This document shows, in pieces, positions 42,330 to 53,310 of a stretch of DNA of 64,000 nt (position 1 is its first letter; each line of letters begins with the position of its first letter). A program made the translations under genes and the position numbers. The notes beneath the pieces are model-generated. The model made no database searches. It saw only the letters and a program-made list of their open reading frames with translations, and was not told the DNA's origin. Source of the stretch: Moniliella sp. 'wahieum'. Lineage: Eukaryota. The stretch covers positions 558,001 through 622,000 of the forward strand of contig RSEE01000023.1 in assembly GCA_003971905.1 (NCBI GenBank), read 5' to 3'.

Positions 42330-44170
42330 CGGACTACTGAGAATGGTGAGATCTGAGACTAGGAGTGTTCGGATGATCAGGAATGGAGAGCTCGGAGGAT
42401 GTTCGATGATCGATGACCGGATGACCGGCCGATGACCACTGCAGAAGGATTTCGATAGGGGAAGCGTTTCTTCTTTTTGTCCCTGCTGTGACATGTGCGC
42501 GTTGTGAATGCGCTGAACGTATAACGTTGAAGCTGTTGAAGCTTGAAGCTCGAAGCTTGAAGGTTGAAGTTCTGCAAATGCTTAGTATGAATTCAGAATT
42601 CGTTGAACTTGAAGCATGAAGCCTAACGTCGAACGTGGTGAACATGGTGAACGTTGAACGTGTTGAACGTTGAACCCCAGGCCAGGGGTGGGATCTGGGG
42701 GAAGCGCAAGTCGTCCTGTGGACGTGCAGGACATGGGATGATTAATGATTGAGGAAGATATGTATAATGGATGATGGATGATGCAATGATGGGCTGAAAT
42801 GCACTAGCATGGGAGAAAATGCGGGCGCAGAGATCGCTCTCAGGGCATCAGCGCATCATGTGAATCATGTATCAGCGCTGCGCCATTAGTACTTAGTGCA
42901 TTAGTGCATTTGTGTTTAGCCAAGCGAAACAGCGCTCCCAATTAGACAATTGGAGAGCGTGAGACTGAGGCTGGGAGGGCTACCCTGGGCGCCTGGGCGG
43001 CGACACCACCAGTGCGCCAGGACGCCACGCAATGCCTATATGCGCCCATGAGATCATTACAACTGAGATCTGAGAGAGTGTCGGACGTTCTACTGTGGCG
43101 GTAAATGCTGTGACACTGAGGCTGAACTTGCTCGGTACTGAATCTGAGTACCGAGTGGCTGGAAGCTCTGAGGACGGGCCTGTATGTACTGTCTGCGGGA
43201 AACTACCGCCGTGCGGGCTGTGCTGACATGTGACATGTGACATGTGCGTGTGATACGCAGTGTTTCACTGCCAGACCAACTTGGTACTCAGTCTGAGATC
43301 TGGGGGGGTCTGAGGATCTGAGGCCCTGTGGCCTGAGCGCCTGAGCGTCTGTTGAACGCGCGGCGGAGTACCAGTAATTGTGTACCGAGCAAAACTTGGT
43401 CTGCGTCACGCGTCAGGGGCTGGTGTTAGTGCATGTTAGCCATGTTAGCAGCGCAGCTGTGCTAAACGTTAAACACGCTAAGCGCAATATCCAGTGGCAA
43501 CGTGGATCACCATCGTCACCGATCACATGCATCACAGGCACAGGTCGTCTGCTGCCCCCTATGTTTAACGTTTAACGTTTAACGTCGTACCTTTACGTTT
43601 ACGCGTTACGCGCTACGCGCCTTTACATCTACCACCTACCGCTCAGCGTACTTCACGCTTCACGAGCTTCACGTTTAACACGTTAATGTAGGCTACCGGT
43701 TTAACGGGTTAAACGTTAACGTTTAACGCAGGTTAACGCAGGTTAACTAGCGCTTACTTGCGCTTAAGCTTTGAGCGTCGAAATCTAAGAGAGTTACATA
43801 CGATGCATGCTTGCCTAGTACCCGGTACACGTTCTCGGTTCCCGCTCGGCTGGTAGATGTTTACCAGGTAATAAAAAACGCAAAAGTTCTTGGTTGAATC
43901 AATCGATAATGGATAGGAAAGGCTGTTCGAGACCTTGCTGTGGGCCGTATGGCCGTATCACCGGCGTCGGTGACCGGTGGTGAGGAGCTGTGGCTCGGTG
44001 CCCATGCCCAGGTTTGAAAGTTAACCTCTGTAGGAAAACCATTAATCAGTACTGAGACTCAGTACTCAGTCTGAGTACCGTTTAACCACACGTCACGCGC
44101 CACGCACCACGCGTCACGCATCACAATCGTTACATGTTTCATGCTCGGTGTTACATGTTAGGTACGTTTG
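42330..44170. repeat. Dense array of heptameric palindrome tandem repeats (xy-T-N-A-y'x')
   Basis: For example CTTGAAG/GTTGAAC runs at 42520-42675, (TGACATG)3 at 43224-43244, (GTTTAAC)3 at 43563-43583, (ACTCAGT)2 at 44057-44070. Confidence 0.85.
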
Positions 44171-44536
44171 ATCCTAAGCTTTTAGAACACAGGGCTCGGC
44201 CGCACGCCGATCATCTGTACGTGCATGTGCACATGGATATTGGATGCGCACATGCAGCGCTCCTGCTCACACTCACCAGACGCACTACCGGCACAATGCA
44301 AACCCTTTCCTTCTCCCGCCTGCCGCCCTGAGCGTGAGCACTGAAACGCCGCCCAGGCACCAAGGTGGTGCAACCTCTTACGTAACTCCATTTCTCTTAC
44401 CCGAATCACACTGGAGTCCATGCCCCTTCTACTATTTCCCCCTTTCCCTTTTCTCCATCCTCTCTGCGTCCTGTCTCCCCCGCCCTCCAACTACCACCGG
44501 CCACCAGCCCACTCCAACTGAAGCTTCCCATCAGGT

Positions 44537-45003
44537 ATGCGCGTCCTGCTGCTGCTTGCCGCTCTTACCGGTGCTTTCGCATCGCGGGACATGTTGGTGA
44601 ATGTTCCCAATCCTGGGGATGCCCTCAATCTCGCCCAGCCAACCTATGATTGGAGCCCTCAGGGGCCAGCAAAACTTCGCTCGCTCTTTCGGTGGCAGTA
44701 TGACATGCGCGACACTGCATTTGACCTTGGACTGGATAAGTCTGAAATCGCTTTCGACTCGCCTCCGCCTATCTCATGGGAGCAGTGTTGAACCTTCCTC
44801 CCGAGCCACCTTTGGACCGCGGAAGGTCGGAGGAGCGCATCATCAACTACGCTATGGTACGTCTTCTCTATTTATCCATCACTACCACCCGAGCCGAGCG
44901 CTGACAGCCGACACCCGTGCAGCTGATGGCCCAGCAGCGCGATTTTCACAAAGCCCTTCAAGCTCGCCATGAGGCTGAAGAGACGCCTAATCAAAGCCCC
45001 TGA
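44537..45003 (+). CDS. Small orphan secreted protein (~130 aa)
   Basis: Signal peptide MRVLLLLAALTGAFA after a CT-rich leader. Frameshift(s), then EERIINYAM, a GTACGT..CTGAC..GCAG intron (~44857-44921), and LMAQQRDFHKALQARHEAEETPNQSP*. Confidence 0.6.
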
Positions 45004-45299
45004 ACACTCTGTGGCAGCATACCCTCGTCTCTGGTTCCTTCGACCTCTTCTTTGTTCTGCACCCCTCCGCACTGGGCTCGACCTATATTCGTTTTTTTCT
45101 CCGTTTTGCACATCAACTCTTTTTTGGTTACGACAGCGGTAAGCGCTATAGGCGCTACTCTATAATAAGGAGAAGACTGGCCTTATGGGCAATGGATTAC
45201 CCGTTATCGATTATCCCCGTTATGCGTTGTATTCTATACTCGTGTGCTGTTGTTATGTTACTGCACACATCCCAACGTTCCCAACAAAAATCAGTGTGT

Positions 45300-46000
45300 C
45301 GGTTTAGATCACGAGATCACAGAATATAGGTCACTGTCACATGCACAAGGGAACCTTGGGCCCCGCCCTGGCCTGAGGCCCTCAGGCGCAGGCCCCTGAA
45401 GCTTGAAGCTTGAAGCTTGAAGCTGAAGCTGGCAGCCCGCACATTCAGGGGGTGGGTGGTTGAACGAGTTGATGCTGGTCGCTGATCGAGATGATCCATC
45501 GATGTAATTTCGATGGGGACCTATGCCATCTATGCACTACCCTTCAAGCTGCAGCGCCTTCAGCGCTAGCTTCAGCGCCTTCAGCAATGGGTAACATGGG
45601 TAACCGGTAACAGCACGTGGTATCTGTGATGTGTGATGCACGATGGCCGATGCGCCGACCAGTAGTGCACCATACCCCGATGGGAAAGTTTTTTTTCATT
45701 CAAGCCGAGACAATAGGTGTCACTAGTGTCACATGTCACATGTAATGCATGTAAAACTAGTCACTAGTCACTAGAGTCACTAGTCACGCTATAAAAGGCA
45801 CGTTAGGCCTTAGGCCTTAGGATGTATTTAATGAAGCTCATCGGCCACCTTAGGCGTGGGGCGGCGTGAGGCCGTGATGTGTGAAGAGGCTTAAGGGCAC
45901 TCAGTGTACTCGTACTCCTTATAGTCCTTAGTGTTCTACTCAACGTACTCACTCAGGCCCAGGCCAGGCCCAGGCCTAGGTCTAACTATTAGTGACTTCT
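45300..46000. repeat. Second dense array of heptameric palindrome tandem repeats
   Basis: (CTTGAAG)3 at 45402-45422, TGTCACATGTCACATG ~45727-45742, (AGTCACT)2 at 45759-45772, (CCTTAGG)2 at 45808-45821. Confidence 0.85.
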
Positions 46001-46139
46001 GCCAAGCCCTAATACACTTCTCCTCGCGCTATATACAAAGAAAACATTGTTAGTTGCTTTCTTTGTTCCTCTCTTCCTCTTCCCCGGCACCTGCCATGGC
46101 CAGAAGATCTCAGAGACAATTAAGACATCATCTGCCCCG

Positions 46140-48050
46140 TCTCGTAAACTGTAACCCTAACCTAAATCGCGCATCGCATTTACCCCCGGCGTCTCTCTAG
46201 TAACTACCGGAAAGGGAAGAGGGAATTTAGGAGTTTATAGCGTCTCACCTTTATTGGAGAGGTTCCGCAATGGCCGGGATAGCTCAACGGTAGCATTGGC
46301 CTTCCATCTATGCTCTACTGTTGAGCCACCGGGTGGCTCGTGCTTTGGCCAATGTCATTTCAGTTCCTCCTCAGGCCTAGGAGTTCCGTTGTTTTTCTCT
46401 CCTGTTTTTCCTTGTTCTCCGCAGCTTAGCCCCTGGTGGCGACTCGCTGCATGATGTTCCTCAGTAGGCGTTGCTGGTTGGCTTAGACCACCACCACCAT
46501 CAGTGCGATTGCATCACCCTCGAGGACCAACCGGACTCCAGGTCTCATCATCTACATTAATGGAAATGGATCCATCAAGATTATTCCTCCCCCCCTGTAT
46601 CCACAGTTTACATCGTCTTCTCAAAAAATTCTGCACACATCCCAGCCGTTGCCGCATTATAGTTTGTTGATCTTTGTGGTGATGGGATGGGTAGAGAGGT
46701 CATCGAAGAAAGAAGAACTATTATGGATGGGTCTTCCTTGGCTTGTGCCCGAGCTGTTTGCCGTTGCCATTCTCTGTAGGGGTGTGGGTATAGGCTGCCA
46801 TCGAGGCGGAGGAAGAATGGGAATAAGAACATGTTGCTGTGGATGTCTCCATCACTAAATGGCTTCCCTTAACCCACCTAATCATAGCCGCAGAGGACGG
46901 CATAGGCATACGGACGAGCCTGATGAAGCTCATACGCCCCCTGATCCCACCTTGAATAATGACTTGAACTTGTTGGTGGAAAGGGAGGCACAGAAGTGTA
47001 GGCTCTGAGTTCAAGACCTGGACGTTAATTTTCCGCGACCTGTACGTCCCATTTTCGCCGCGAAGCTGTTCATATGGTTTCCTCTTGTTTCTCGCGGAGG
47101 GTGCGGGGAACCTGCTCTTTTCTTTGGACTTTTCTTGTTTTGACTAGTACTCTTTCCCGATCCTGGTTCAATGTGTGGGAAGCCATTTTCCCTGCTGGGT
47201 CTATGTTCCTGTCTGAGAACTGTCACGGGCTGCGGCGGACACGATGGTCCGACCGTAGCTAAGGCCCCCGGCTCCGCACATGCCCAGTAGAGCGTGCTCC
47301 GCAGGCCACCAAGTATGATGATGGTTGGTTGTACCCTGTGCGGTGGCACAAGGGCCATGCTCCGCGCGACAATAGTCGCCCACCGCCCAAGTCCAAGTCG
47401 GCCGGCCTAAATAAGGCCACCGAGCTTCCAATGCCGTGCGGCGTCTGCCGCCTCGTCCCCGTTTCCTTTTCCTTTCTCGGTCGCGCCTGCGGCGACCAAC
47501 CCCGCTTTTGACATGTCTTCCTTTCTACACCCCCCTCTTGTATCCGTTTCCCTTTTGATCCTGCCTGTACCCCTGGTTGATGGGGATCTTTTCCCCCACC
47601 TTCCATTCTCGTCCTTCTCGTCCTTTCTCGTCATCCTCTCGCCTTCCCGTCTATCCTGTCCGACTCCTGCCCGTTTCCAGCCAATTTATCCAGTACAGGC
47701 AGCTTCTCTTGTTAGCGTCCGACTTCTCCTCCGACCTCGTCCTCCAGCCCTTCGTCAGTCCAATCGCGCGAGCCCTCCTCTGGTCGCGGCGATTCCCAGT
47801 CTCTGTTGAGGCAGTGTTTGTCCCCCTCTGCCTCCCATCCCTAAGTCCCGGAGGCTTCAGACACGTTACTACGGCCCAAGCCGGTGCAGACGCAGCCTTG
47901 CCACACGTGCAGCCGCCCCACCAAAGGCCTCTCCTCGTCCCTAGCTCCGCTCGGACGCACCAACCAGCCTAAGCCCGAAACTACCGTGAGTCGACCTACC
48001 GTCGCCTAAGGGATTGTACCCCAAAACCCCCAGGGCGGGCCCCCTGGCGG
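46140..48050 (+). mobile_element. Degenerate tyrosine-recombinase (DIRS/Ngaro-like) element remnant, copy A
   Basis: Fragment TLSRSWFNVWEAIFP..NCHGLRR (HxLR box, 47145-47240), then a CT-rich tract and a ~210-bp 3' segment homologous to that of copy B. 5' boundary approximate. Confidence 0.45.
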
Positions 48051-51000
48051 CGCCCGCCCGTGACAAGAACCGCGGCGTTCTCTTTGCTTTACCCGTTTAT
48101 CCCACGCTGGGTTACTAATTCCTAAAATACTAACTGATCCTGTATATGTGACCGTTTTGATATCCATGCTACTTCACTCTATAGAGGACCAGGGTGTATC
48201 AAGATAATCATTTGTCGCATTTTGAGGAAGGGCAAGAGAGAGAGAGAAAAGATATTATTTATGCTATTCCAATAAGAGATGTGACGAGTCTATACAAGGC
48301 AAAGTCGTACACATAACCGAAGGGAAATCGTGGGGGGCATATCCGTGTCGTGTGATGTCTCTCTTCCCTGCCAGGGATTGGTCCTTAATGGACTCAACAA
48401 GCAACCCCTGCGTTTGTCCTAGTTTATTAGTGGCTGTAGAACATATACTCTCTACTGGGTCTTTCAGTTTCCCCTCCACCGGGCAGCTATGCCTTCCAAC
48501 TTTTCGCCAGGGGGCTCACCCGAGGGGGCTGAGGAGTACAATCCCTTGCATGTGCTAAAGTTGACTCACGGTAGTTGTGGCGCTTGGGCTGATTGGTGGG
48601 TCCGCGCGGGGCTCTAGGGACAAGGAGAGGCCTCTCGGCGTATAGCAGAGGCGGGTGCAAGTGTGGCAAGGTTGCGTAGCACCTCCGGCTTCGGTGCAGT
48701 AGCGTGTGTCTGAAGCCTTTGGGCTCAAGGGCGGGGAGAGGAAGGGGAGGACCCCCACTGCTGTTGGGGCTTGGAGAGCTGGACTGGGACTGGGGGCGGC
48801 GTGGCTCCGTTTGCGGCGTGGCTCCAAACGGGATCACACGCAGCTGAATTGAGCTGGACTTCGGCGTGGTACCTGAGAGACCGCGCGAACTGTGGGTTGT
48901 CTGAGGGACGGAAGGCTGAAGACGGGAGATGGAGAACGAGGACGGGAAGCGGAGAAGCAACTAAGCGGTGGAGTTGCCTGTACTGGGTTAATCAATAATT
49001 GGCGAAGAGAGTAAGGGGAGACGCCGAAGATGGATCGAGGGGGAAAACCACGAACTGCTGATAACAGACAAGGACTAAAAGGGAAACACACGCAATCGAG
49101 GAGAAGAACGTGGAACAGGGGGAAACAGGGAGACGGTTGCCGCAAGAGCAATCTAGAATGGCAAGGTAAACAGTCAAGGTGCGACTATCGTCGTCGCAAA
49201 GGAAAATACTGACAATTGGGTGGCCATGCGGTGGTCACCAATTCACTTGGGGAAGAGACGAGACTATTGCCGCGTGGATACGTAGAACTGGTAACCGTGC
49301 TGGCTGTCTCGCCAGCTGCGACCGAGCTGAGTTGGATCTGCGAGCATTCTATTGTTGGATAGAGCGGACGCACCTCAGCTGATATATCGGATCATATCGT
49401 CGAATCTGACCCCGTGGCCAAGGTGGGGACGGGGTTAGGAAGGCCAAGGGTGCGCGTAAGCTCCGCCGGGCTTGCGAGCCCGTTTTCACCCGTGACATCA
49501 CGATCCTCTTTACCAAGCGCGTCCCTCGCCCTTAAAGGAACGCGGCTTCCCTCTCTCTCAACATCGGGGAGGGTGTGAAGAAGTGTGCGCTTATAGCGCA
49601 CATCTCATTTCCACACTACGGTAAAACAATCGAGAGGTATGCCTTTTTGTCCTTAGGCCATTGGGCATACGATCGGCGTCACGTCCCTGTCTGCGCCGAT
49701 CAAACTTGGAACGGGGGATGGGTATTTGGATATTCGGCATGCCCCTGCTTCCTTCAGTCGTTAGGTATGCCATCCAAACTGGTTCTTGTTCGCACGCCCC
49801 TCCTTCCCTCGAACGTCGGGGGTGTGAGACAAAGCCATCTTGGGAGCAGGGGAACGGAGGGGGTAGAGGCGCTGTTGGCCCGCCGGCAAATACTCGCCTC
49901 TTCTGGGACTTAGGGGAGAGTATGGGCTCCCCTGTCCGCCTGCCTCTTACCAAACCTTCAAGTTCCGAGATTGTCGGGATCAGACCCACCTGATCACACA
50001 CATGGCCACCACGTTTAGCTGTGGGCCCTGAAGAGTTGTTCTAGACCTTGTTTCCCCCTTTGTCTATGCTCCCTTTCTTTGTCCGTATGAGACTCATCTC
50101 GCAAGTTGCCTTCTTCTCTTCCGAGAGACTGATATATATATCCGTCGCCTCCTTTCCACTCGATGAATACACGATACTCATAATCCTTTTCCACATCTCC
50201 AGATCTCCTGATATAGAGACTGCAGGCATGCTCGTCTTGCTCTCGTTCCGAGGCATACGCGGCCTTGGCCACGCGAGCTGACGCCCGGAATAAGAGGCCT
50301 CACCTCATACGTCATCCCTCCGCCTGGACCCCCCAATAACACGTTCAGGCGTCTTATAAACCGTATAAGTGATATCTTCTTCCCCGGTGCAACCCTCCCC
50401 CCTATAAACTCTGGATCGGGCCCCAGTCCGGGGTCCATCTATCAACAGTATAGATATCCATCCTGCGATGGTGACAATATATTCTTTTAGATACGTAACA
50501 GACCCCTGTGCCTTATTGCCCTCCAGGAGTGGTGCTTACCAGACTTGCGCAATGCAGTTACTCCCGCAAATTGGTGATGGGGGGAATGTCCTTGCCGTAT
50601 CGGTATCTTGGATGTACTCCCTATCTTCTGTTGTCTCGTGTGGGGGACGTGATGGGTGGGAAATAAACGGGTCCAAATCTGCGAATATAACTTGTAGCAT
50701 CATCTCCTCTGTTGACCCGGCCTTGAGCAAACTGCCAGAGAAACCACCTTGTTGACACCGCTGTCATAGGCTCCAGAACCCAAATTCAGAACCCAAATTC
50801 AAAGAGTTTCCTTAAGGTCTTCTGAAGCGTTTGTTCCACTTTTGGCGGCTATTTTGTCTCTGCAACACATGGCCTGTGATGCCATAATCCTGACGGAAGG
50901 GGCCGAATAAAAGCGACGCGGAAAGAAATCGTTTTCACAGTCTCTATCAGATGGCCGCATGACGATGGATGTTTCTTAGCATCCACTGGGCCCCTTTTTG

Positions 51001-51272
51001 GCATGAGGGCACTTATTGTCCCCAACTTTAGGGAACAGTGCAACTCAGAAGAGGGCTGGCAGAACACGACCCACAAAAAAGCAGAGGTCATCCTCATCGT
51101 TTTTACACCACGTTTTTCTTGTGGGCCACCGAGAGTCCAGTTTTTTCTCTTCATTTTCAGCTCGCCCCTATACATGCGCTTCCAACCTGGAAGCTGATAG
51201 GTGAAGTGCATGGTATTAGGATGAATCCCATCCGTGAGGAGGGCCAACCACACATCCGTACTGACGTATACC

Positions 51273-52801
51273 TGTTGGCCTAGGGAGCCGGACGGGCAGA
51301 AGGATGAGGAGAAGGTGATGGATTGGAGCCAGAGTTGGGTCTGGGTACAGAGGCATCTATATAGGAGGCTGGACTAGGCACAGGGACAGTGAGTCACCAG
51401 GAGAGAGTGCAGGGCACAGGGACAGTGACACGCAGGGACGTCAGCGTGGAAGCCGATGGAACCGAGGCGAACCTGGTCTACCGACTGGGAGCCAGAGGAT
51501 CACAGTCAACACCCCCGCTGGCCAGGGAACCCGGAGACATCGGTTGTGGGATGAGCCTGCCAGTGGATGTAGAGGGGAGGACTTGAGTGGCAACCGGGAC
51601 GAATGGCCTGGAGTTGTGCATGGCCACACGACTGGCCTACCCCCCGCTGTCCAGGATGACACCTGAACGAGCCGAGCGCTTGTGGTTGGTGTATTGTGCG
51701 ACCGCCAGATGCTTGTAGAAGTCTTAGAAGTAAAAGTAGTAGGGGTTGCGCCCCGAAGCGATTTGGTGGGCAAAAGTAAAAAGCACCAGTTATAGGTGTA
51801 GTGAAAGAAAATTGGAAACTTGGAGTAAATGCGGTCCAAGGTCGTTTGGCATCAAAATTGGATGCGTTTGGTAGTTGTTTGGTTCCGCATGCCTGGTGCC
51901 AGTGGGGTCCATTGGGCATGGGAAATGAACGGGCGCTATGCGTCAACCGTCTTGATCTGTTTGGGTTCTCTTTGTTGTTGAAAAAGAGGAGTGGAAGAAG
52001 TTGGGTGACCACCCCCCCCATCCTTTCCCCAGGTGCCCCGGATGAATTGGCAATCCGGGGCGTGTAGCCGTGGGTGGGGCACTTGATGAGCAGCCACCCC
52101 CGCTTTCTGCGATTCGCCTGCGCCGTTTTGTCGTTGGAGGAATTTCGTCTCGTTGACGATACCCGACACGTTTTGTTCCGTCGTGTGTTGTCCCTAAAAA
52201 TCATTGCCCCATCTGTGGGGGACGAGTGTGCCGATTGTGGCGGTAGTATGCCGATTGTGGCGGGTAGTATGCCGATTGTGGCGGTAAGGTGCCGATTGTG
52301 GCGGTGGTGTTGTTGGGCGGGAGGACGGGTGTGTCTTGTGGGCTTGGCGGCTTAGCTTGGGCTTGTAGGCTTGGGGGTGGGCTTGCTTGAAGAGCGCTCC
52401 CCTTCCGGGGGGATCAGATTGTAGCTCTGTTGGCCTAGGGAGCCGGACGGGCAGAAGGATGAGGAGAAGGTGATGGATTGGAGCCAGAGTTGGGTCTGGG
52501 TACAGAGGCATCTATATAGGAGGCTGGACTAGGCACAGGGACAGTGAGTCACACAGGAGAGAGTGCAGGGCACAGGGACAGTGACACGCAGGGACGTCAG
52601 CGTGGAAGCCGATGGAACCGAGGCGAACCTGGTCTACCGACTGGGAGCCAGAGGATCACAGTCAACACCCCCGCTGGCCAGGGAACCCGGAGACATCGGT
52701 TGTGGGATGAGCTCCTGCCAGTGGATGTAGAGAGGGGAGGACTTGAGTGGCAACCGGGACGAATGGCCTGGAGTTGTGCATGGCCACACGACTGGCCTAC
52801 A
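51273..52801 (-). mobile_element. Short non-autonomous LTR retroelement (~1.53 kb) with ATACC target-site duplication
   Basis: Near-identical ~370-bp direct repeats at 51273-51640 and 52428-52801. Termini TGTAGGCC...GGCCAACA (minus strand). ATACC at 51268-51272 and 52802-52806. TATA in the LTR, a G-rich PPT-like tract next to the 3' LTR, and a gag zinc-knuckle remnant inside. Confidence 0.92.
52229..52306. repeat. 4 x ~20-21-bp tandem repeat inside the LTR element
   Basis: TGCCGATTGTGGCGG(TAGTA) x4; reads PPQSA.. repeats on the minus strand. Confidence 0.85.
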
Positions 52802-53310
52802 ATACCTTCGACCCTCGACCGCGCTACAGCGGCTCCTCGGGGGGGGGAGTTGGCCAAAAGTATATATTTGAGGGTGCCGATCGGTGCAACAGCATCCCCA
52901 CATGGAATTGAGAAAGATTGACGTTGCAATTCTACGTTGGGAGCTTAGCGCATTCCCCTGCCTAACGGTCCCTTGGCCTTATCGGTGACCTGGTGACCGG
53001 TGACTCAGCGAACTCACTCCGAGGGCAGCACAGGAGCAGTGTGAAGGAAAACACTCCGTCGGCCCTGGGCCTGATCGATGACTGGCGACCGGTGACTGGC
53101 CCATGGGGCTGGGAGTGTCGAGGGCCTTCCTCAAGCTTGGCGCGTGATAATCATGCATGGCACGTGACACTGCGGTGAGCACTTCGGTACGCGCCTCCAT
53201 ACAGGCGCATCGGTCGCTTTCTCCCACCTCTGTCCCCATCCGCATCCAGCGCGTTCAGTCCGCGCGTCGCCAACCCAGCCACCGTCAGCACGCCCAAGAA
53301 GGAAGCGACC

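Larger units (their letters stand above)
48500..52930 (-). mobile_element. Degenerate tyrosine-recombinase (DIRS/Ngaro-like) element remnant, copy B, interrupted by an LTR element
   Basis: Minus-strand fragments in YR order: IPIPRSKFDRRRQG (~49725-49685), CPMA, LGHGVR (~49420-49405), AAG..ASTVT.FY (~49320-49280). A CT-rich tract and a 3' segment homologous to copy A follow. 5' boundary approximate. Confidence 0.5.

Noticed and set aside
42330..46000. CRISPR-like array or restriction-site polylinker (vector) interpretation of the palindrome-rich tracts
   Set aside because: There is no constant repeat with unique spacers. The sites are tandem, degenerate and present in nearly all intergenic regions of a eukaryotic contig, unlike a synthetic cloning site.
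46150..46166. TAACCCTAACCTAA as an interstitial telomere
   Set aside because: Only about two imperfect units, too short to support the call.
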